DNA from: Acidimicrobiales bacterium
GTDB taxonomy: Bacteria; Actinomycetota; Acidimicrobiia; Acidimicrobiales; GCA-2861595
DNA: 64,000 bases
Assembly (NCBI GenBank): GCA_046596195.1
Contig: JBKJNA010000027.1
Span: forward strand, 913 to 64,912
Direction: 5' to 3'
The translations under genes were made by a program, and so were the position numbers. Below are positions 17,121 through 26,551 of the stretch, piece after piece; the first letter of the stretch is position 1, and every line of letters starts with the position of its first letter. The notes under the pieces are model-generated. The model saw nothing but the letters and a program-made list of their open reading frames with translations, was not told the DNA's origin and searched no databases.

Positions 17121-18878
17121 GTGGGGTACATGGAGACCGGTCAACGGAGGGGCAAGAGCGCCCTGGTACGCAAGCTCGTCGTCATCGTGGCGTGCGTCGC
17201 CGTCACCGCCGGCATGGAGGCGTCCGCCCAGGCGGCTCCCGCCGGCGGTGCCGTCGTGCAGGCGGCACGGCCGGACACCCTTGCGCAGGTCGCCCGGCGC
17301 CGCTGCCGGCCCACACGCCTGCGGCGCTGTCCCGTGGCCAGGAGGGCCGGGCCGGTCCGCGGCGGCACCCTGGTGGTCGCCCTCAGCGCCGACCCCGGCC
17401 AGCTCAACCCCGCCATCACCACGTCGGGCGTCGTGCACCCGGCGGCCGAGCCCATGTTCAACGGGCTGGTGTCGATCGGTGAGGATTCCAGGCCCGCCGG
17501 CGAGCTGGCGCAGTCCTGGCGCATCACCGAGGGCGGCGCCCGGTACACCTTCACCCTGCGCGCCGGCGTGAAGTGGCACGACGGCCAGGCGTTCACCTCG
17601 GCTGACGTGAAGTACACCTACGAGCAGGTGCTCCTGAAGTTCCACGCCAGGACGCGCGCCTCGATGGCGGGCGCCCTCGACGGCATCGACACGCCCAACG
17701 CCCGAACGGTGGTGTTCCGCTTCAAGCGGCCCTACGCCCCACTGCTCCAGCAGATGGACGTCACCGAGGGCCCGATCCTCCCCAGGCACATCTACGAGGG
17801 CACCGATCCCAACACCAACCCGGCCAACGCCAGGCCGATCGGCACCGGACCGTTCAAGTTCGTCTCCTACGAGCAGGGCGCCCAGATCACGCTCGTGCGC
17901 AACCCCACGTACTTCCGCGCCGGGCTCCCCTACCTCGACAGGATGGTCCTGCGGGTGATCCCCGATGCCAACACGCGCATCGCCGCCCTGGAGGCGGGCG
18001 AGGTCGACTGGCTCCCCGGCGTGCCGCTCCCCGCCGCCGACCGGGCCCGGCTCAACTCCAGGCTGGCGCTGACCCGCACGGCGTGGAACCCGGGTGGCGC
18101 CAACTGCATCATCACCATGAGCTACAACCTCGACCGGCCGGCGCTGCGCGACGTGCGGGTCCGCCGCGCCATCGCCCACGCCATCAACCGTGACCAGTTC
18201 CTCTCCCAGGTGCTCTTCGGTGAGGGCAGGGTGGCCGACGCCCCCATCTCGAGCGGCATCCCCTTCGCCCACGCCACCACGGTGCACATCCCCGGTTTCA
18301 GCCCGGCGCTGGCCGGCGAGCTCCTCGACGCCGTCGGCTGGGCCCGGGAGGGTGACGTGCGTGTCGCCCGCGGTGTGTCCGGCGTGCCCGACGGGACCCG
18401 CCTCGCGCTGGACTTCGTGCAGCGGCCGGCCGACGGCAAGTACGGCGAGATCGTGCGCCAGCGCCTCGCCGCGGTGGGCATCCCGGTCACGTTGAAGACA
18501 CTCGAGGACCTGGTGTTCCGGCCCACCATCTTCCGGGACCGCAACTTCGACCTCAACGTCATCTCGTACTGCAACGCTACCGACCCCCAGGTGGGCGTCC
18601 GTCGCATGTACCACTCCAGCCAGATCGGCCCGACCGACTTCACCAACTCCTCCGGCTACCGCAACACCGAGGTCGACACGCTGTTCGACCAGGCCGCCCA
18701 GGCCGTCGACCGCAACGAGGCGCGGAGGATCTACATACGAATCCAGGAGATCCTGGTGGAGGATATGCCGTACCTGTGGTTGGTGGAGACGCTGAGCACG
18801 CGTGCCCATCCCGCCGTGTGCACGGGCTTCAAATACAACAGCGGGCTCTTCGCGGAGGCGGCATTCTGTAGGCGGTGA
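17121..18878 (+). CDS. ABC transporter substrate-binding protein, family 5 (peptide/nickel type)
   Basis: Signal peptide; size and sequence are typical of DppA/OppA-like SBPs; followed by two Dpp-type permeases. An alternative ATG is at 17130. Confidence 0.8.
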   Translation: MGYMETGQRRGKSALVRKLVVIVACVAVTAGMEASAQAAPAGGAVVQAARPDTLAQVARRRCRPTRLRRCPVARRAGPVRGGTLVVALSADPGQLNPAITTSGVVHPAAEPMFNGLVSIGEDSRPAGELAQSWRITEGGARYTFTLRAGVKWHDGQAFTSADVKYTYEQVLLKFHARTRASMAGALDGIDTPNARTVVFRFKRPYAPLLQQMDVTEGPILPRHIYEGTDPNTNPANARPIGTGPFKFVSYEQGAQITLVRNPTYFRAGLPYLDRMVLRVIPDANTRIAALEAGEVDWLPGVPLPAADRARLNSRLALTRTAWNPGGANCIITMSYNLDRPALRDVRVRRAIAHAINRDQFLSQVLFGEGRVADAPISSGIPFAHATTVHIPGFSPALAGELLDAVGWAREGDVRVARGVSGVPDGTRLALDFVQRPADGKYGEIVRQRLAAVGIPVTLKTLEDLVFRPTIFRDRNFDLNVISYCNATDPQVGVRRMYHSSQIGPTDFTNSSGYRNTEVDTLFDQAAQAVDRNEARRIYIRIQEILVEDMPYLWLVETLSTRAHPAVCTGFKYNSGLFAEAAFCRR

Positions 18879-19840
18879 TGGCACGGCCCGTCCTGCGGCG
18901 GGTGGCCGCGGCCCTCCTCGCAATTGCGGGCATCGTGGTCGTCACCTTCATCCTTCTTCACGCCGCCCCGGGCGACCCGGCCGCCGCCCTCGCCGGTGAG
19001 GGCGGCGATCCCGTCCATCTTGAGCTGCTGCGGGCCGAGTACGGCCTCGACCGCCCTCTCCCCCAGCAGTTCCTCACCTATACGGGCAACCTGCTCCGCG
19101 GTGACCTCGGCACGTCGATCGTGCGCGGCCGGCCGGTGTCGGAGGTCATCGCCGAGCGCGTCGGCCCGACGCTGCTGCTCCTGGGCTGCGCCCTCGTCGT
19201 GTCGAGCCTCGGCGGCGTGGCCCTGGGCGCGCTGGCCGCCCGCCGGCCGTACCGGGCCCTCGACCTCACCGTCACCGGCGCCGGCCTGGTCGGCTTCGCG
19301 GTGCCCGCCTTCTGGCTGGCCCAGCTGGCCGTCCTCGTCCTCGGGCTGCGGGCCGGTCTGTTCCCCATCCAGGGCATGACGGACGCCCGGGCCCCCCATA
19401 CCGGGCTGGCGGCGGCCCTCGACGTCGCCCACCACCTGGTCCTCCCGGCGGCCGTCCTGGCCGTCTCGGAGGTCGCCATCGTCGCCCGCCTCACCCGGGT
19501 CAACCTGATCCGGGTGCTCGACCAGGACTTCGTCCGCGTCGCCCGCGGCCTCGGCGTCGCACCCGCCCGCGTTCTGGTGCGCCACGCCCTGCCCAACGCC
19601 ATGGTGCCGGTGATGACCGTGATCGGCGCCCGCTTCGGGACCCTGTTCTCGGGCGCGGTACTCATCGAGACCGTGTTCGCCTGGCCGGGCCTGGGGCAGC
19701 TGCTGGTGTCCGCCACCCGCACGCGGGACTACCCGGTGCTGCTCGGTCTCGTGCTGCTTGCCTCGCTCAGCGTAGTGGTCGCCAACCTGGTCACCGACGT
19801 CGTCTGCGCGCGCATCGACCCCCGCCTGCGCCATGACTGA
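18875..19840 (+). CDS. ABC transporter permease (DppB/OppB-like)
   Basis: 321 aa with 6 TM helices. The start overlaps the SBP stop as ATGA. Confidence 0.85.
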   Translation: MMARPVLRRVAAALLAIAGIVVVTFILLHAAPGDPAAALAGEGGDPVHLELLRAEYGLDRPLPQQFLTYTGNLLRGDLGTSIVRGRPVSEVIAERVGPTLLLLGCALVVSSLGGVALGALAARRPYRALDLTVTGAGLVGFAVPAFWLAQLAVLVLGLRAGLFPIQGMTDARAPHTGLAAALDVAHHLVLPAAVLAVSEVAIVARLTRVNLIRVLDQDFVRVARGLGVAPARVLVRHALPNAMVPVMTVIGARFGTLFSGAVLIETVFAWPGLGQLLVSATRTRDYPVLLGLVLLASLSVVVANLVTDVVCARIDPRLRHD

Positions 19841-21221
19841 AATCGCATCGGCCGACCTCGGCCTCGCCGCCCTCCCCCGGCCGCGCTGGTCCCGTCGCCT
19901 CCTGGGTGTCCCGACCGCGGTGGCCGGGCTCGGCCTGACGGCGGGGACCGTGGCGGTCGCCGCCCTCGCCGGCGTGCTGGCGCCGGGGGACCCCTTCGCC
20001 ACCGTGGCCGAGCCCTTCCTGGCGCCGTCGACCGCCCACCCGATGGGCACCGACGACCTCGGTCGCGACCTGCTGCACGCCGTCGTGCACGGGGCGCGGA
20101 CCTCGATGATCGTGGTCGTGGGGGTGGTGGTGCTCTCGACGGCGATCGGGATCGCCGTCGGGCTGGGGGCCGGCTACGGCGGGCGGCTGGCCGACGAGGC
20201 GCTGATGCGCCTCACCGACATGTTCCAGGCCGTGCCCCGGTTCTTCCTGGCCATACTGGCCGTGGCGCTGTTCGGCCCGGGTACGGCGAACCTGATCCTC
20301 ATCCTGGCCGTGACGTCGTGGCCGCAACTGGCACGTATCGTCCGGGCCGAGACCGGATCGCTCAAGCAGCGGCCCTTCGTCGACGCCGCTCGGGTACTCG
20401 GCGCCACCGACCGCCGGATCCTGGCGCGCCATGTGGTGCCCCACCTGCTGCCGTCGGTCATGGTGCTCGTCTCGCTGACCGCCGGCCGGGTGATCCTCCT
20501 CGAGGCCAGCCTCGGCTTCCTCGGTCTCGGCGACCCCAACGCCATGAGCTGGGGCTACCTGGCCAACAATGCGCAGCGCTTCCTGCGCACGGCGTGGTGG
20601 ATGTCGTTCTTCCCCGGCGCCGCCATCATCCTGGCCGTCCTGGGCTTCACCCTCCTGAGCGACGCCGTCACCGACCTGCACGACCCGTTCACCGCCGGAC
20701 GCCGGGCGCGGCCCGTTCGGGTGGGCGGCCGGCGACGGGCGGCCAGGTGGCTGGTGCCCCTCGGCGCAGGCGCCCTGGCGGTGGCCGGTGTCGTGATGCT
20801 GGGCGGCGGCGGCGGCGAGCTGGCCCCGAAGCCGGCAGGCGGCCCGGCGGTGTCCGCTCCGGGGCCGGCGGGCGGCGGCGTGGCGCCGGCCGACCTGGCG
20901 AAAGGCGACTGCTTCGACCAGCCCGCCGGCGGGTCGGTGGAGGTGACCAGGGTCCCGTGCACCGAGTCGCACACCGACGAGGTCTTCGCCACGGTGCGCC
21001 TCGACGGGGCGCCCGGCAGCGACTACCCGCCGCAGATCGACGATCAGGCGGACGGACGTTGTTACAACGAGTTCGTAACCTTCGTCGGCGCCGACCCCGA
21101 CCGGTCGGCCTTCACCTACGACTGGTACACCCCCACGCGTGCGGCGTGGGAACGGGGCGAGCGACGCGTGCCCTGCGTCGTCGCCGACCCCGACGGCCGC
21201 CCGCTCACGGCGCCGGCCTGA
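19833..21221 (+). CDS. ABC transporter permease (DppC/OppC-like) fused in frame to an extra TM helix and a Cys-containing septum-formation-like domain
   Basis: The first ~285 aa are a DppC-type permease. They are followed by RRRAARWLVPLGAGALAVAGVVMLGG (a TM helix) and GDCFDQ...VPCTESHTDEVFA...GRCYNEF...VPCVV. Confidence 0.7.
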   Translation: MTEIASADLGLAALPRPRWSRRLLGVPTAVAGLGLTAGTVAVAALAGVLAPGDPFATVAEPFLAPSTAHPMGTDDLGRDLLHAVVHGARTSMIVVVGVVVLSTAIGIAVGLGAGYGGRLADEALMRLTDMFQAVPRFFLAILAVALFGPGTANLILILAVTSWPQLARIVRAETGSLKQRPFVDAARVLGATDRRILARHVVPHLLPSVMVLVSLTAGRVILLEASLGFLGLGDPNAMSWGYLANNAQRFLRTAWWMSFFPGAAIILAVLGFTLLSDAVTDLHDPFTAGRRARPVRVGGRRRAARWLVPLGAGALAVAGVVMLGGGGGELAPKPAGGPAVSAPGPAGGGVAPADLAKGDCFDQPAGGSVEVTRVPCTESHTDEVFATVRLDGAPGSDYPPQIDDQADGRCYNEFVTFVGADPDRSAFTYDWYTPTRAAWERGERRVPCVVADPDGRPLTAPA

Positions 21222-21236
21222 CACAAGGGCGGGGGG

Positions 21237-22382
21237 ATGCACCGCCGCAGGCGTCGAATGGACCACGCTGGGGTCGTGGCCCCGACCCCGACGCCGACCG
21301 ACGCTGCCCCCTACGCCGTGACGGTCGAGCGGTTCCTCCAGCGCCTCAGCAACGAGGGTCGCTCCGCCCGCACCCTGGCCGCCTATCGCTACGACCTCGA
21401 TGACACCATGGTCGACGTCGCCATCGGCGCCCGCCTCCTGGCCGACCGGCCCGCCCTCGACCGCCTCGAACCCGTCGACCGCGAGGCGCAGGTGCTGGCC
21501 GCCTTCGAGCGCCTCGACGTGGCCACCGTCACCCTCGACGACCTCGACGGTGCGCTGGCCGAGTTCCGCACCAGGCCCGACCCCCGCTTCGCCCGTCACC
21601 CCGAGCGCTCCCCCGAGGAGCGCTCACCGGCAACCGTGGCCCGGCGCACGGCCGCCCTGCGGTCGTTCTTCGCCTGGTGCTACCGCACGCAGCGGGTGGC
21701 CGCCGACCCGGCCGCCCTGCTCAAGCCGCCCAAGAAGCGCAAGCGCATGCCGCGCGCCATCGACGAGGCGACGGCGAGCCGGGCCCTGGCCGAAGCGGGT
21801 CAGGCGTCAGGCTGGCCCGAGCGCGACCTGCTGATCATGGCCCTGGCCCTGGCGTGCGGGCTGCGGCTCGACGAGATCGCCCGGCTGCGGGTCGACGACG
21901 TGCAGGGCGACCCGCCCGAGGGCGTCATCGTGCGGGGCAAGGGCGACAAGGAGCGCCGTCTCGGCCTCCCGCCGGTGGTGCAACAGGCGCTGGTCGACTA
22001 CCTGCCGACGAGGGCCGAACGGCTGGGCGCCCTGGGCCTGGACGCGACGACCGTGGTGGTGTCGAGCCGGGCCCGCCCCATCCGCTCCCGATCGGGCGAG
22101 GTCGTGGGCACCACCGTGGAGGCCAGCCGGGACACGGTGATCTACGTGGTGGACCGGGTGCTGCGCCACCTGGGCGCCCGGCGCGACGGCGTGCGCGTCC
22201 ACGCCCTCCGCCACACCTTCGCCACCCTCGGGCTGCGCGAGGGCGCCTTCAGCCTGCGCCAGCTCCAGGTGGCGCTGGGCCACGCCAGCCTGGCCACCAC
22301 CCAGATCTACACCGAGGTGGCCGACGAGGAGATCGCCGCCGCCATGCGGCTGCACCCCCTGGGCGGCGGGCCGCGCCGCTGA
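21237..22382 (+). CDS. Tyrosine recombinase / integrase (XerC/XerD family)
   Basis: The N-terminal SAM-like domain is LSNEGRSARTLAAYRYDL. The catalytic region is GKGDKERRLGL...HALRHTFAT...LGHASLATTQIYTEV. The start is uncertain (alternative at 21258). Confidence 0.8.
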   Translation: MHRRRRRMDHAGVVAPTPTPTDAAPYAVTVERFLQRLSNEGRSARTLAAYRYDLDDTMVDVAIGARLLADRPALDRLEPVDREAQVLAAFERLDVATVTLDDLDGALAEFRTRPDPRFARHPERSPEERSPATVARRTAALRSFFAWCYRTQRVAADPAALLKPPKKRKRMPRAIDEATASRALAEAGQASGWPERDLLIMALALACGLRLDEIARLRVDDVQGDPPEGVIVRGKGDKERRLGLPPVVQQALVDYLPTRAERLGALGLDATTVVVSSRARPIRSRSGEVVGTTVEASRDTVIYVVDRVLRHLGARRDGVRVHALRHTFATLGLREGAFSLRQLQVALGHASLATTQIYTEVADEEIAAAMRLHPLGGGPRR

Positions 22383-22427
22383 GCGAGCGGCGGCGCCCGG
22401 CCGGTTGATCCCGCGGCCGGCCGCGCG

Positions 22428-23618
22428 GTGGTAGGCCATTCGTCCATGGACTGCCCGTTGCGCTTCGGCGTCTTCCTCGCACCCTTCCACGCCGTGGGCC
22501 AGAACCCCACCCTGGCCCTCCAGCGCGACCTCGACCTGCTCGAGCACCTCGACAGGCTGGGCTACGACGAGGCATGGGTGGGCGAGCACCACTCGGCCGG
22601 TTGGGAGCTGATCGCGTCGCCCGAGGTGTTCCTGGCCGCCGCCGCCGGCCGCACCAGCCGCATCTCCCTCGGCACCGGCGTCAGCTCGCTCCCGTACCAC
22701 CACCCCTTTCTGCTGGCCGACCGCATGGTCCTGCTCGACCACCTCACCCGGGGTCGGGTGAAGTTCGGCGTGGGTCCCGGCGCCCTGCCGTCGGACGCCT
22801 TCATGCTCGGCATCGCCCCCGAGCGCCAGCGGGAGATGATGGAGGAGTCGCTGGAGGCCATCCTCGCCCTGCTCACCAGCGACGAGCCGGTGAGCCGCAC
22901 GACCGACTGGTTCACCCTGCGCGACGCCCGGCTCCAGCTCCGTCCCTACCAGCAGCCGTGCTTCGAGGTGGCGGTGGCGGCCCAGATCTCACCCGCAGGC
23001 CCCCGAGCGGCGGGCCGCTTCGGCGCCGGCCTGCTGTCCATCGGCGCCACCAGCCTGGGCGGCTTCGACGCCCTCGGCTCGCACTGGCAGGTGGCCGAGG
23101 AACGGGCCGCCAGGTTCGGCCAGACCATGGACCGCAGCCGGTGGCGCCTGGTCGGCCCGATGCACGTGGCCGAGACCGAGGCACAGGCCCGGGCCGACGT
23201 GGAGCACGGGCTGGCCGACTGGGTCCGCTACTTCCGCGAGGTCGCCGCCCTCCAGCTGGCCCCCTCCACCGACGATGCCGGCGAGCTGGTCGACGCCATG
23301 AACGCCAGTGGCTTCGCCGTCATCGGCACACCGGACATGGCGGCCGCCCAGATCGAGCGCCTGGCCGAGCGCTCCGGCGGCTTCGGCGCCTACCTGGTCA
23401 TGGCGCAGGAGTGGGCCGACCCGACCGCCACCCGCCGCTCCTACGAGCTCATCGCCCAAGAGGTGTTCCCCCGCTTCCAGGGCACGGCCGCACGCGCCGT
23501 CGCCTCGCGGGACTGGGCGGCCGAGCACCGGCCCGAATTCATCGGCGCCGCCGGCGCGGCGGTGATGAAGGCGGTCCAGGACCACCACGCCGAGCACGAC
23601 CCGCTTTCGAGTAAATAG
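22428..23618 (+). CDS. LLM-class (luciferase-like) flavin-dependent oxidoreductase
   Basis: Contains RFGVFLAPFH...LGYDEAWVGEHHS, the typical LLM N-terminus; 396 aa. Confidence 0.75.
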   Translation: MVGHSSMDCPLRFGVFLAPFHAVGQNPTLALQRDLDLLEHLDRLGYDEAWVGEHHSAGWELIASPEVFLAAAAGRTSRISLGTGVSSLPYHHPFLLADRMVLLDHLTRGRVKFGVGPGALPSDAFMLGIAPERQREMMEESLEAILALLTSDEPVSRTTDWFTLRDARLQLRPYQQPCFEVAVAAQISPAGPRAAGRFGAGLLSIGATSLGGFDALGSHWQVAEERAARFGQTMDRSRWRLVGPMHVAETEAQARADVEHGLADWVRYFREVAALQLAPSTDDAGELVDAMNASGFAVIGTPDMAAAQIERLAERSGGFGAYLVMAQEWADPTATRRSYELIAQEVFPRFQGTAARAVASRDWAAEHRPEFIGAAGAAVMKAVQDHHAEHDPLSSK

Positions 23619-23646
23619 CCACCGGAATTCGGTGGCTATTTACTCG
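23608..23646. terminator. Palindromic hairpin element, copy 2 (bidirectional terminator-like)
   Basis: CGAGTAAATAGCCACCG-gaatt-CGGTGGCTATTTACTCG is a perfect 17-bp stem. The TAG stops of both convergent genes (23616-23618 and 23636-23638) lie in its arms. Confidence 0.7.
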
Positions 23647-25228
23647 GGAGTGGGGGTCGGGGGCGGGCGTCCCAGGTCGGGATGAGGTGGCGGGCGGCGC
23701 GGGCCTCGTCGACCCGGCCGACCGGCGTGGACCGGGGGGCGGCGGACGCGCCTTCGGGGTCGGCGGCGATGCGCTCGAGGGCCTGGGCCAGGGCCTCCAT
23801 GGTCTGGGGGCTCTCGGTCTCGGTGGGCTCGATCATGAGCGCCTCCTCCACGATGAGGGGAAAGTAGACGGTTGGGGCGTGGAAGCCCTCCTCCAGGAGG
23901 CGCTTGGCCACGTCGACCGCCTTGAGGCCGGCGGCGCGCTTGAGCGACGCCGCCGATGCCACGAACTCGTGCATGCCGGGGCGGTCGTAGGGGATGTCGT
24001 AGGTACCCCGCAGCCGGTGGCGCAGCCAGTTGGCGTTGAGCACCGCCGCCTCGGCCACCTTGCGCAGGCCGTCGCCGCCGTTGGCCAGGATGTACGAGTA
24101 CGCCCGGGCGAGGGCGAGGGCGTTGCCGTGCCACGAGTGGACCCGCCCGATCGACCTCGCCGGCGTCACCCACCCCCACGCACCGTCGTCGCCCATCACC
24201 GGCACCGGGCCGGGCAGGTAGGGCGCCAGCCGTTCGGAGACGGCAACAGGGCCGGCGCCGGGCCCGCCGCCGCCATGGGGCACGGCGAAGGTCTTGTGCA
24301 GGTTCATGTGCACGATGTCGAAGCCCATGTCGCCCGGCCGGGTGACGCCGAGGATGGCGTTGAGGTTGGCGCCGTCGTAGTACAGGAGACCGCCCACCTC
24401 GTGGACGGCGGCCGCGATCTCGGCGATATCCTCCTCGAACAGGCCGAGAGTGTTGGGGTTGGTGAGCATGATCCCCGCCACGTCGTCGTCGAGGCGGTCG
24501 CGCAGGGCCGCCACGTCGACGCAACCTCTGGCGTCTGACGGCACGGTAACGGTGGTGTAGCCGCCGAGGGTGACCGATGCCGGGTTGGTGCCGTGGGCCG
24601 AGTCGGGGATGATCACCTTGGTGCGCTGGCGCCCCTGGTCACGGTGCCAGGCCCGCATGAGCAGCAGCCCGGTGAGCTCGCCCGCCGCGCCCGCCGGCGG
24701 CTGGAGCGTGGCGGCATGCATGCCCGTGACGGCGCACAGGCGGGCGGCCAGATCGGCCAGCACCTCCATCCAGCCCTGGGTGAGGTTGGCCGGGGCCGAC
24801 GGATGGGCGCCGGCCAGGCCGGCCAGCGACGCCGCGTCGTCGCACAGCTTGGGGTTGTACTTCATGGTGCACGACCCGAGGGGGTAGGCCCCGAGGTCGA
24901 CCGAGTACTGCCGGGCGCTCAGCCGGGTGACGTGGCCCACCAGGTCGCGCTCGGACACCTCGGGCAGCGCCAGCGGCTCCGGTCGGAGGTGACCGGCCGG
25001 CACCAGCTCCTCCGCCGTCCACTCGGGGACGCCCGTGGTACGGAACGACCACGCCGACCGTCCCGGGGACGAAAGCTCGAAGACGGTGGGCTCCTCGGCC
25101 CGCCCCATGATCGGGGCGCTCAGGGCCCGCCCGCCGGGGGCGCCCCCCGTCTGTGCCTTCTCCCCGGCCGGGGCCCCATCCCCGGCCTCCTCGCCGAGCG
25201 GGGTCCCCATCCCCGCCGGCGCCGTCAT
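23636..25228 (-). CDS. gcvPB: Glycine dehydrogenase (aminomethyl-transferring) subunit 2
   Basis: Contains FHAPTVYFP, HMNLHKTF (PLP lysine) and DSAHGTNPAS. The ATG overlaps the gcvPA stop as ATGA. Confidence 0.9.
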   Translation of the reverse strand: MTAPAGMGTPLGEEAGDGAPAGEKAQTGGAPGGRALSAPIMGRAEEPTVFELSSPGRSAWSFRTTGVPEWTAEELVPAGHLRPEPLALPEVSERDLVGHVTRLSARQYSVDLGAYPLGSCTMKYNPKLCDDAASLAGLAGAHPSAPANLTQGWMEVLADLAARLCAVTGMHAATLQPPAGAAGELTGLLLMRAWHRDQGRQRTKVIIPDSAHGTNPASVTLGGYTTVTVPSDARGCVDVAALRDRLDDDVAGIMLTNPNTLGLFEEDIAEIAAAVHEVGGLLYYDGANLNAILGVTRPGDMGFDIVHMNLHKTFAVPHGGGGPGAGPVAVSERLAPYLPGPVPVMGDDGAWGWVTPARSIGRVHSWHGNALALARAYSYILANGGDGLRKVAEAAVLNANWLRHRLRGTYDIPYDRPGMHEFVASAASLKRAAGLKAVDVAKRLLEEGFHAPTVYFPLIVEEALMIEPTETESPQTMEALAQALERIAADPEGASAAPRSTPVGRVDEARAARHLIPTWDARPRPPLPSK

Positions 25229-26547
25229 CGGACGACCTTCTCGAAGGTGGCGGCGTACTGGTCGATCTCGGCCCGGGTGCGGCGCTCGGTGACGGCCACC
25301 AGCAGGCCCCCGCCGTACTCGTCGGACAAGGCGATGCCGGCCAGGAAACCCTCGTCGGCCATGCGCTCCACGACGGTGGCGGCGGGCACCGGCGTGCGCA
25401 CGGTGAACTCCCGCAGCGTCGGCGCCCCGACCAGCGGGCTGACCCCGTCGATGCCCAGGAGGGCCTCACGGGCGTAGCGCGTGCCGCGGGCGCACCGCAG
25501 AGCCAGCTCGCGCAGGCCGCCGGTGCCCAGCCATGACAGCTGGATGGCGCACGCCACCGCGATCAGCGTCTGGTTGGTGCACACGTTCGACGACGCCTTC
25601 TCCCGGCGGATGTCCTGCTCGCGCGTGCGCAGGGTGGTGACGTAGGCCTTGCGGCCGTCGACGTCGAGCGTCTCCCCCACGAGGCGCCCGGGCAGCCGGC
25701 GGACGTGCGACAGCCGGCAGGCGAACAGGCCGAGGAGCGGGCCGCCGAACGACATCGGCGTGCCGAAGGGCTGCCCCTCCCCCACCACCACGTCGGCGCC
25801 GAACGACCCGGGCGACCGGAGCAGGCCGGTGGACACCGGGTCTGACACCACCACCAGCAGCGCCCCCGCCCGGTCGGCCACCCGGCGGGCCTCGGCCAGG
25901 TCCTCCAGGCAGCCCAGGTAGTTCGGGTACTGCACGACCACCGCCCCGACCTGGCCGTCGGCCGGCCAAACGGTGACGCCGTCGGCCAGCGGCACGTCGA
26001 CAAGCTCGTGGCCCGTCCCCACCGAGAAGGTCTCCAGTACCGAGCGCCAGCTCGGGTTCACCCCCCGGCTGAGCCAGACGGCCGAGCGCCCGCTGGCCGC
26101 CACCCCCAGGTTGACGCCCTCCACCAGGGCGCTGGCGCCGTCGTACAGCGAGGCGTTGGCCACCTCCACGCCGGCCAGGCGGGCCACCATCGTCTGGTAC
26201 TCGAAGAGCATCTGGAGAATGCCCTGGGCCACCTCGGGCTGGTACGGCGTGTAAGCGGTGACGAACTCGGACCGGAAGGTGAGCGAGCGGGTCGCAGCGG
26301 GCACCTCGTGGTCGTAGACGCCGCCGCCGGCGAAGCACACCAGCCGGGGGAACACGGCATTGGCCGCCGCCAGCCGCCCCATCTCGGCCGCCACGTCGGG
26401 CTCCGACAGGCCTGACGCCATGGCGAGGCCGCCGGCCAGCCGCAGTGCCTCGGGCACGGTGGCAAACAGCTCGTCGGCCGACGACAGGCCGAGGAACGCC
26501 AGCATCTCCGCCACCTCGGCGTCGGTGTGGGGGACGAAGTGGCCCAC
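25225..26547 (-). CDS. gcvPA: Glycine dehydrogenase (aminomethyl-transferring) subunit 1
   Basis: The N-terminus MGHFVPHTDAEVAEMLAFLGL and the motif YTPYQPEVAQG are typical of GcvPA; 440 aa. Confidence 0.9.
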   Translation of the reverse strand: MGHFVPHTDAEVAEMLAFLGLSSADELFATVPEALRLAGGLAMASGLSEPDVAAEMGRLAAANAVFPRLVCFAGGGVYDHEVPAATRSLTFRSEFVTAYTPYQPEVAQGILQMLFEYQTMVARLAGVEVANASLYDGASALVEGVNLGVAASGRSAVWLSRGVNPSWRSVLETFSVGTGHELVDVPLADGVTVWPADGQVGAVVVQYPNYLGCLEDLAEARRVADRAGALLVVVSDPVSTGLLRSPGSFGADVVVGEGQPFGTPMSFGGPLLGLFACRLSHVRRLPGRLVGETLDVDGRKAYVTTLRTREQDIRREKASSNVCTNQTLIAVACAIQLSWLGTGGLRELALRCARGTRYAREALLGIDGVSPLVGAPTLREFTVRTPVPAATVVERMADEGFLAGIALSDEYGGGLLVAVTERRTRAEIDQYAATFEKVVR

Positions 26548-26551
26548 CTCG

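Noticed and set aside
21237-23618. Integrase as a marker of a prophage or integrative element
   Set aside because: There is no adjacent tRNA or tmRNA, no att-like direct repeats that I could find, no phage, conjugation or excisionase genes, and no GC shift. It may simply be a chromosomal Xer-type recombinase.
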